In this document: positions 57,749 to 64,000 of the stretch, piece by piece
How the letters are laid out: each line of letters starts with the position of its first letter
How positions within the stretch are numbered: the first letter of the stretch is position 1
NCBI GenBank assembly: GCA_964524515.1
Contig: CAZGEA010000001.1
Location: forward strand, 361,522-425,521
Reading direction: 5' to 3'
DNA length: 64,000 bases
From: an uncultured Gammaproteobacteria bacterium
GTDB lineage: Bacteria > Patescibacteriota > Microgenomatia > UBA8517
Program-made: the position numbers and the translations under genes
Notes under the pieces: generated by a model
What the model saw: the letters and a program-made list of their open reading frames with translations, nothing else
Database searches by the model: none
What the model was told of the DNA's origin: nothing

Positions 57749-59015
57749 TCACTTCTTTACCCATCCATTTTTGAAGAACTTTTGGAATCCTTATTGATCC
57801 ATCTTCGGTCTGATAATTCTCCATTATAGCTACAATTGTTCGTCCAATGGCAAATGCCGTTGCATCATTCATATGAACGAATTGATTCTCACCATCGTTT
57901 CTGCGAACCTTTGTATTTAATCTTCGCGATTGATAATCAGTCATCAAATCAGATGTGTGAGTTTCCCGGTATTTATTCTGTCCCGGCATCCAAGTCTCAA
58001 TATCAATTTGCCGATAATCTGGTCCTCCCATATCTCCTGTACAAATTGCAACAATTTGATAAGGCAATTCCAAACTTTGCATTAAATATTCCTGAATAGC
58101 CACAAAAAAATCCTGTTCTTTAATTGATTCCTCAGGTAATGAAAAAGATTCCATTTCAACCTTATCAAATTGATGCATACGAATTATTCCCTTTGTATCT
58201 TTTCCATAACTTCCAGCCTCCTCACGAAAAGCAGGAGAAAAACCAACATATCTAATTGGCATTTGAGATTCTGGAATTGTCTGGTCCATATGAATTGGTC
58301 CCAAAGTATGTTCAGCAGATCCAACTAAATACAAATCAGATTGCGGAATATAATATCTCTCTTCAATTGGCTGAAGTCGTGCCATTTTCTCCATTACTGT
58401 TGGCTTTATCATTACAGGAGGTACAACTGGTATAAAAGTTTTTTCTTCAACTCCTACAGATTTAGCAATTTCACTTAAAATATCTTTATTGGTCAAAGTA
58501 TCAAAAACAAATTGCACCAATGCAAACTCCATTCTTGCCAAATCACCCATTAAATATGCAAACCTAGAAGCTGTAACTTCAGTTGCAGTTTTGGTATCAA
58601 TTACACCAAGTTTCTCACCCAATTCCAAATGATCTTTTGGTTCAAAATCAAATTTAGTAGGCTCTCCCCATGTTCTAATTACTTTATTTTCAGATTCATC
58701 TTTTCCTATTGGAGTGTCAGATGATATTAAATTAGGGATACTATATAAAATCTCTTGATACTTAGATTCTATTTTTTCAAGTTCATCTTCATTTTCTTTT
58801 AACTCAATTTTTAATTTCTTACCTTCTTCAATTTGATCTTTTGCTTTTGCAATCTGGTTTCTCTTTTCTCTTAAATCCTGAGTAGTTGTAATTAAAGCTC
58901 TTCTTTTCTCATCATATTCCAAAAGTTCATCAATCAATGCAACTTCTTTATTTTTAAGTGCCATCACTTTCTTTAACTCCTCAATATTTTCTCTTATGTA
59001 TTTAATATCAATCAT
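57738..59015 (-). CDS. serS: Seryl-tRNA synthetase
   Basis: N-terminal coiled-coil arm. Class II motifs 1-3 (e.g. FREE..S..G..R.HQF.KVE; GRTIVAIMENYQ). Confidence 0.9.
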   Translation of the reverse strand: MIDIKYIRENIEELKKVMALKNKEVALIDELLEYDEKRRALITTTQDLREKRNQIAKAKDQIEEGKKLKIELKENEDELEKIESKYQEILYSIPNLISSDTPIGKDESENKVIRTWGEPTKFDFEPKDHLELGEKLGVIDTKTATEVTASRFAYLMGDLARMEFALVQFVFDTLTNKDILSEIAKSVGVEEKTFIPVVPPVMIKPTVMEKMARLQPIEERYYIPQSDLYLVGSAEHTLGPIHMDQTIPESQMPIRYVGFSPAFREEAGSYGKDTKGIIRMHQFDKVEMESFSLPEESIKEQDFFVAIQEYLMQSLELPYQIVAICTGDMGGPDYRQIDIETWMPGQNKYRETHTSDLMTDYQSRRLNTKVRRNDGENQFVHMNDATAFAIGRTIVAIMENYQTEDGSIRIPKVLQKWMGKEVIKK

Positions 59016-59024
59016 ATTTGAGTA

Positions 59025-59597
59025 TTATAAACCTAAATCTCCAGCAATTGCTTGCATAGCAGTTAATGTAATTTGAATGAATTCTTGAATAGGAATTTGA
59101 AGTCTTCCTTCACATTCTTTTATTTGTGATCGATTAACGCCCGCTGCAAAACTTTTCTCATCCCATTTTTTAAGAATTGTCTCAACTGTCACAGCAGATA
59201 ATTTTTTCTCAGGTTTAACCAAAGCACATGCAACAATCAGTCCTGTAAGCTCATCACAACAATAAAGTGCCCACTGCATGGGAGTAACTGGTTCCGGGTT
59301 TCCTTTTACATATCCCCATCCATGAGATAAAATCGCATCTTCGATATCTTTGTCAAATTCAATCTCTCGAATCCAATCCGTAACTAATCGAGTATGTGTA
59401 TCTGGTTCTTTTTGAGTTATTTCCCAATCAGCATCATGTAGTAATCCTGAAATTGCCCATTTGTCAGCTTCATCTGTATGTCCTAACCTTTTGGCAAGTG
59501 CTGCCATTGTAGCTTCAACTGCATAACAATGTCGTCTTAAATTCTGATTTTGAATATTTTTATGAAGTAATTCAATTGCCTGTTCTCGAGTTATCAT
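59025..59597 (-). CDS. HD-domain protein
   Basis: HCYAV...LLHDADWE HD motif. Confidence 0.55.
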   Translation of the reverse strand: MITREQAIELLHKNIQNQNLRRHCYAVEATMAALAKRLGHTDEADKWAISGLLHDADWEITQKEPDTHTRLVTDWIREIEFDKDIEDAILSHGWGYVKGNPEPVTPMQWALYCCDELTGLIVACALVKPEKKLSAVTVETILKKWDEKSFAAGVNRSQIKECEGRLQIPIQEFIQITLTAMQAIAGDLGL

Positions 59598-61132
59598 TTA
59601 TCTTTTTTATTTTTATTAACCAATTTAAAATATTCAGGATACAAATCTTCAACACTCTCATCAATTTTTCTCTTCATCTGAGGAAAAAGTGTTGCCTCAC
59701 GTGCCGATAATCCTTCCAAAAACCAAAATACACGCTCGCTTTGGCCATACCCTGAAGTTGGTGGCATTCCATATTCAAGCATTTCAACATAATCAATATC
59801 CATCATTTGAGCTTCATCGTCTCCCGCCTCACGAGCTTTCTGTTGTGCCAAAAATCTCTCATACTGATCAACTGGGTCATTAAGCTCAGAATATCCATTT
59901 CCAAGTTCCGATCCGGCCAATATAACCTGAAACCTCTCAGTTGTTTCACTATTTTTCTCCATTGATTTAGCAAGTGGAGATATAAATTTAGGAGTATTAA
60001 CCAAAAACGCAGGTCCAGCAATAGTTTTGCGAATTATCTTCCATAAATTATCAACTATACGAGCCTTATTTGATTCACCTTCCAAAACTATTCCATTTTC
60101 TTTTAATTTATCCTTCATTTTTGATATATCATCGCCAATTATATCTATTCCCAATTTTTCTTTAATAATTTCAACGTAATCAATTTCGTCCCATTCATCA
60201 GCCAAATCAAATTCCATTCCATGTGCCGCAAATTTTGTCTTCCCGTAAACTTTTTGAGAGATTTCACTAAACAATTCACGAACTAATTTCATATTATCCC
60301 GATAGTTTGCATATGCCCAATACCATTCAAGCTGATAATATTCCTGCAAATGTTCATCATCAATTCCTTCATTTCGAAAATTAGGCCCCAATGTAAAAAC
60401 TTTTTCAAACCCACCACCTATTAACCTTTTTTGATAAAGCTCAGTTGAAATTCTCAAATAAAACTTCTCATCCAATGCATTGTGGTATGTTTCAAAAGGT
60501 TTCGCATCTGCACCCCCCGTAATGTGTTCCATTACTGGAGTTTCAACTTCTATAAAACCATTACGACTCATAAACTCCCTAGATACTTGCCAAAATTTTG
60601 CTTTCCGAGTAAAAATTTCCCGTCTTCCTGAATTCATAATCAAATCCAAATAACGCTTACGATAAATTAATTCCTGATCAGTCAATCCTTCCCATTTTTC
60701 AGGCAATGGGCGAAGTGATTTAACTAACAATTTAATCATAAGTGGAGAAACAGAAGTCTCACCTCTCACTGTTTTAATTACTCGTCCATGAATTTCAACA
60801 AAATCTCCAATATCCAAAAATTTCAAATCACGAAAACCAATTGATTGATCATCCTTATTGGTTTCCAAATTCATCTCATTCTTTTGAATAAAAACTTGAA
60901 TCTCACCATCTTCATCTGCCAAATTTGCAAAAACAACATTGCCATGTTCACGCCACGACATAATACGACCTGCAATAACTACATTTTTATTTTCAAATTT
61001 TTGAAAATCAATTAAAATCTCTCCAGATTTATTGGTTCGAGATGATTTAGAAGGATAGGGATTAATTCCCAAATCCCGAAGTTTTTGAAGTTTAGATAAA
61101 CGAGTTTCTCGAAGTTCTTTTAGTGACGACAT
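59594..61132 (-). CDS. lysS: Lysyl-tRNA synthetase, class II
   Basis: N-terminal OB anticodon-binding domain. Class II motifs (FRNEG; GGADAKPF; ELGNGYSELNDP). Confidence 0.9.
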   Translation of the reverse strand: MSSLKELRETRLSKLQKLRDLGINPYPSKSSRTNKSGEILIDFQKFENKNVVIAGRIMSWREHGNVVFANLADEDGEIQVFIQKNEMNLETNKDDQSIGFRDLKFLDIGDFVEIHGRVIKTVRGETSVSPLMIKLLVKSLRPLPEKWEGLTDQELIYRKRYLDLIMNSGRREIFTRKAKFWQVSREFMSRNGFIEVETPVMEHITGGADAKPFETYHNALDEKFYLRISTELYQKRLIGGGFEKVFTLGPNFRNEGIDDEHLQEYYQLEWYWAYANYRDNMKLVRELFSEISQKVYGKTKFAAHGMEFDLADEWDEIDYVEIIKEKLGIDIIGDDISKMKDKLKENGIVLEGESNKARIVDNLWKIIRKTIAGPAFLVNTPKFISPLAKSMEKNSETTERFQVILAGSELGNGYSELNDPVDQYERFLAQQKAREAGDDEAQMMDIDYVEMLEYGMPPTSGYGQSERVFWFLEGLSAREATLFPQMKRKIDESVEDLYPEYFKLVNKNKKDK

Positions 61133-61171
61133 GGCATAAGTATAGCCTGAGGGTAAAATAAAGACAATTAC

Positions 61172-61645
61172 TTACTTAATAGCTACGATTTCGTAAACTA
61201 TTTTTCCAGCTGGAGCTTCAACTTCAACTTTTTCTCCCTCTTTTTTACCAATCAAAGATTGGCCAAGAGGTGAAGTGTGAGAAATTTTCTTTTCAGCAGG
61301 ATCAGCTTCCCACTCACCAACGATATTGTACATAAATTCTTTTCCATTAACTTTTACAGTCACAGAAGTTCCTACCCCAACTTGATTGGAGCCAGCTTTC
61401 TCACCTTCCACAACCATAGCACTTTTCAAAACTTCTTCTAATTCGCTAATTCTTCCATCTAAAAATTCAAGCTCTTCACGAGCATTGGTGTAATCACTAT
61501 TTTCAGATAAATCACCCTGTGAGGATGCAAAAGACAAGCGCTCCACGAGTTTTGGTCGCTTTTCATTTTTCAATTCATTGAATTCAATTTGCAAAGCATC
61601 AAAGCCTTCTTGTGTTAATTCAACTGTTTTATTATTTGGATTCAT
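61172..61645 (-). CDS. greA: Transcription elongation factor GreA
   Basis: N-terminal coiled coil with the acidic tip (GDLSENSDY), C-terminal FKBP-like domain. Length 157 aa. Confidence 0.85.
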   Translation of the reverse strand: MNPNNKTVELTQEGFDALQIEFNELKNEKRPKLVERLSFASSQGDLSENSDYTNAREELEFLDGRISELEEVLKSAMVVEGEKAGSNQVGVGTSVTVKVNGKEFMYNIVGEWEADPAEKKISHTSPLGQSLIGKKEGEKVEVEAPAGKIVYEIVAIK

Positions 61646-61905
61646 ATATTTTTATTAAGTTAATTCTAAATTTACTTTTAAACAAAACTATCAAACATGC
61701 TCCGAAGAGGATACCAATTCGGATCCCTAAAATCAATATCTATTATGAATGGATTTCTTTATAAATAGGGAAGCAGTTTAAGCAGTTTCTTGTGTTCATT
61801 TAAGGAGTAAATTCTTTATTTAACAGAGTGTATATTACCTTATTTTAGAGTTCATGTCAAGGTCTTGACACGCTATGTGCACAATAGACTACTATAGTTA
61901 TATAA

Positions 61906-62865
61906 ATGAAGATTAAACCTGTTCATCTTCTAACAGTAACCACAAGCTTGCTTTTGCTCTCTGCTTTTAGCCAAACAAACACAGTTCGTGGAGCCTCAGC
62001 AAATCATATAGTAATATCAGAAATTCAAGTTGGAGCAGGAGACAATGACTTTGTCGAGCTTTACAATCCAACAGATTCAAATGTTAGCCTTTCAGGCTGG
62101 AGGCTAAGCAAAAAAGTGAATTCAGAAACATCCCTTGTAGCCTCAATGTCAGGCACAATAGCCTCAAAAGGATATTTTTTAATCTCAAATAAAGATGGAA
62201 GTGCATCCCCTTCAGCTGATTTAACCTACGCAAGCTCAATAGCTGACAATAATACAATTTTACTTTACTCAGATGCAGGCACGAGCCTAATTGACAAAGT
62301 AGGAATGGGAACGGCACTCGATTTTGAATCAACCCAATCAGCAATGCCCGCAAACGGAAAAAGCATTGAAAGAAAAGCAAATTCAGCCTCAAACGCTGAT
62401 TCTATGATGATCACAGGAACTGATGAATTTATGGGCAATGCAGAGGATACAGACAATAATGGAGTTGATTTTGTACTAAGAGAAATCCCTGAGCCTCAAA
62501 ACTCCCAGTCAACACATGAGCCAATTGCCACAGCCACCCCAAGCCCAACAGCAACTGCTACAGCTACAGTAACACCAACAACAACTCCTACAAATACCCC
62601 AACTTCCTCCCCTACACCCACTGTCAGTCCCACAGCCACCCCCACTGCGACAGCTACAGTTACTCCAACTGTCACACCAACTGCAACACCAACTGCGAGT
62701 ACAACACCATCGGCGACACCTTCAAGCACTCCACAATCAACTATTTTCCCTTCACCTTTTGAAGGTTATTCCTTCCAATGCAAAGTTACATACCACACAT
62801 TTAGATCGCGATGGTTCTTCATCTCAGTTCCCCAAATTTTCTGTGGATTAGTCAAAAACAAATAA
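61906..62865 (+). CDS. Secreted lamin-tail-domain (LTD) protein with long Pro/Thr/Ala linker
   Basis: Signal peptide. LTD signature (IVISEIQVGAGDNDFVELYNPTDSNVSLSGWRLS). About 90-aa PT-rich linker. Short Cys-containing C-terminus. Confidence 0.65.
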   Translation: MKIKPVHLLTVTTSLLLLSAFSQTNTVRGASANHIVISEIQVGAGDNDFVELYNPTDSNVSLSGWRLSKKVNSETSLVASMSGTIASKGYFLISNKDGSASPSADLTYASSIADNNTILLYSDAGTSLIDKVGMGTALDFESTQSAMPANGKSIERKANSASNADSMMITGTDEFMGNAEDTDNNGVDFVLREIPEPQNSQSTHEPIATATPSPTATATATVTPTTTPTNTPTSSPTPTVSPTATPTATATVTPTVTPTATPTASTTPSATPSSTPQSTIFPSPFEGYSFQCKVTYHTFRSRWFFISVPQIFCGLVKNK

Positions 62866-62932
62866 GATTGATATAATAGGCATCATTTTCCTGTCCCCTG
62901 TACATTAATCAAATTCAACAAGGAACTCTCAA

Positions 62933-63331
62933 ATGTATGAAATGTTCAACATTTTTCGAAAGAAAACTAGTTTAATTGTTTATGTAAGCAAAGATGGCTT
63001 AACTATAAAAATACATTCAGTCAAAAATTGTAGCGAAATAAACTTAGTTAATAAGCCACACCTAAGATCAGGTAGTCAAAAATTCAGAAGTCTTTCACCG
63101 TATGGTGATTTCTCTGGAAAATTTGTTCTACAATTCAAAGATTATTTAATCGAAATTCGTTGTTTCTCAACTCAAAACATCAAAAGAAACTATCAAAAAA
63201 CATTTTACATAAAAATTTGGAGATCATATAGCAAAAAATTTGCATATTATGAACTTGTATTAGTCAGAAAAGAAGCAGAAGCACTAATCAAATTTTTCAA
63301 AGAATACTGGAGTGAATGTGAACTAACATAA
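62933..63331 (+). CDS. Hypothetical protein
   Basis: ORF only. Confidence 0.35.
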   Translation: MYEMFNIFRKKTSLIVYVSKDGLTIKIHSVKNCSEINLVNKPHLRSGSQKFRSLSPYGDFSGKFVLQFKDYLIEIRCFSTQNIKRNYQKTFYIKIWRSYSKKFAYYELVLVRKEAEALIKFFKEYWSECELT

Positions 63332-63366
63332 AAAAAATCCCCAGGAAAACCAAAAAATTCCTGGGG
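63331..63366 (-). terminator. Intrinsic terminator (9-bp stem CCCCAGGAA/TTCCTGGGG) for the minus-strand gene 63391..63795
   Basis: Perfect stem with a 10-nt loop. On the minus strand it is followed by a TTTTTTT run (the A-run at 63331-63337 on the plus strand). It also lies between convergent genes. Confidence 0.5.
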
Positions 63367-63390
63367 CTTCTTCCATAAAATTAATAATCT

Positions 63391-63795
63391 CTAAATCAGA
63401 GATTCCTTATTTTCATTAACCGTTCCAATAATCTCTTTAGCTTCTTCAAGGTTATCTGCATATTTAATTCTATTTTTCAAAAACACATGATCTGGAATGC
63501 TCAATATTTTCTTTATTCTTTCACTTACCTTAATAACAACAATACACGACAAATAATTTAAAAGGTGAAAGCCAGAAACTATTTTCCCCCAACTAGATAC
63601 ATTTAACTGAAAATCCTCATCTTTAACATCAAAGGTCACAATAGAGGGAATGAGTTGAATCTTTTCTTGGGTAATTAATTCTACAGATTTTTTTTCAACT
63701 TCCAAAACTGTATCAATCGAAATTTTTCCATGGTACTCATTATATAAAATCCCGTCTTCAATCCAAACTTTATAAGATCCTTCCTGACTTGTCAT
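63391..63795 (-). CDS. Hypothetical protein
   Basis: ORF only. No TM. Confidence 0.4.
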   Translation of the reverse strand: MTSQEGSYKVWIEDGILYNEYHGKISIDTVLEVEKKSVELITQEKIQLIPSIVTFDVKDEDFQLNVSSWGKIVSGFHLLNYLSCIVVIKVSERIKKILSIPDHVFLKNRIKYADNLEEAKEIIGTVNENKESLI

Positions 63796-63947
63796 TTGTA
63801 AAATTATATATTATTTAATTAATCTTATTCAAAATTTACAAAAATCCAATGGAAACAAAAAAAGCGAGTGACCCCATTGGAATTCGCCATGCAAAACAAT
63901 CTCCACAATTAGCATTATCGAACCCAAGGAAAACGAGCGAAGCGAGT

Positions 63948-64000
63948 GACCCCATTGGAATTCGAATCCAAGTTCCCAGAATGAGAATCTGGTGTCCTAG
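63948..64000 (-). tRNA. tRNA-Glu (anticodon CUC), 3' two-thirds; the 5' part lies beyond the window edge
   Basis: On the minus strand: anticodon arm CCAGA-TTCTCAT-TCTGG (U33, anticodon CTC, A37), a 4-nt variable loop GAAC, T-arm TTGGA-TTCGAAT-TCCAA (canonical T-loop), acceptor 3' strand TGGGGTC plus discriminator A. CCA is not encoded. Confidence 0.5.

Noticed and set aside
62084-62729. Minus-strand ORFs (102, 63 and 77 aa; one an extreme Val/Gly/Ala repeat) opposite the LTD protein gene
   Set aside because: They are antisense translations of the Pro/Thr/Ala linker DNA (ACN/GCN repeats give GVGVAV on the other strand). This is a low-complexity artefact.
63841-64000. Possible start of a CRISPR array (a 23-26-nt direct repeat seen twice with about 78-nt period)
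   Set aside because: There are only two copies and the period is atypical. The second copy plus flanking sequence folds as the T-arm/acceptor and anticodon arm of a tRNA-Glu on the minus strand. No cas genes are nearby. A tRNA 3'-end duplication explains it better.
1-64000. Alternative genetic code (UGA read as Gly/Trp, as in some ultrasmall bacteria)
   Set aside because: Long housekeeping ORFs (secA, lysS, serS, pilB, copA) are intact under the standard code and terminate at conventional stops, including TGA (e.g. the ATGA overlap at 14804-14807). A full RF2 gene is present. Code 11 fits.
1-64000. Insertion sequences, transposases or integrases
   Set aside because: No ORF shows DDE, tyrosine- or serine-recombinase motifs. 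No terminal inverted repeats flanking a transposase-like gene were seen.

Overview
This window is AT-rich (roughly 30-35% GC), densely packed bacterial DNA with mostly short intergenic regions and several overlapping minus-strand genes. No rRNA genes, no CRISPR array and no transposase were found. The gene content suggests a small-genome, possibly Patescibacteria/CPR-like bacterium; that assignment is inference only.

Main contents, in order:
- A camelysin/TasA-family plus SipW-type signal peptidase operon (1.4-5.5 kb). One paralog is fused to RTX calcium-binding repeats.
- A two-component pair (GAF histidine kinase and a single-domain receiver).
- speH (S-adenosylmethionine decarboxylase).
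- Type IV pilus cluster A (10.6-20.4 kb): major pilin, PilO-like protein, a PilM-PilN fusion, three minor pilin-like proteins, PilC and PilB.
- A sortase, followed by three very large Asn/Thr/Gly-rich surface proteins built from a shared repeat module containing paired cysteines. This repeat family is not one I recognise.
- Pilus cluster B (26.8-30.1 kb): a membrane-anchored VWA protein plus three pseudopilins.
- A tightly overlapping minus-strand run: tsaB(short)-tsaE-vanZ-hypothetical-M23 peptidase-ftsX-ftsE, then prfB.
- DNA-repair-like genes: an HhH-GPD glycosylase, a YdjM-like membrane hydrolase and a DinB-like protein.
- An FAD-linked oxidase and a beta-CASP RNase.
- A 3.3-kb block (about 44.0-47.4 kb) with visibly higher GC (about 45-50%). 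It encodes an RG-rich double zinc-ribbon protein and an 846-aa protein that aligns convincingly to eukaryotic major vault protein (MVP) across its repeat, shoulder and cap-helix regions. An intrinsic terminator closes the block. This is the most unusual element in the window.
- secA and a PspC-domain protein.
- A speE-like methyltransferase, rarA, and an HD hydrolase.
- A copper module: copA, csoR, a membrane protein with a cupredoxin-like domain, and copZ. A CsoR-type palindrome sits in the divergent promoter.
- serS, an HD-domain protein, lysS and greA.
- A lamin-tail-domain secreted protein.
- A partial tRNA-Glu(CUC) at the window edge, with a 23-nt direct repeat of its 3' end nearby.
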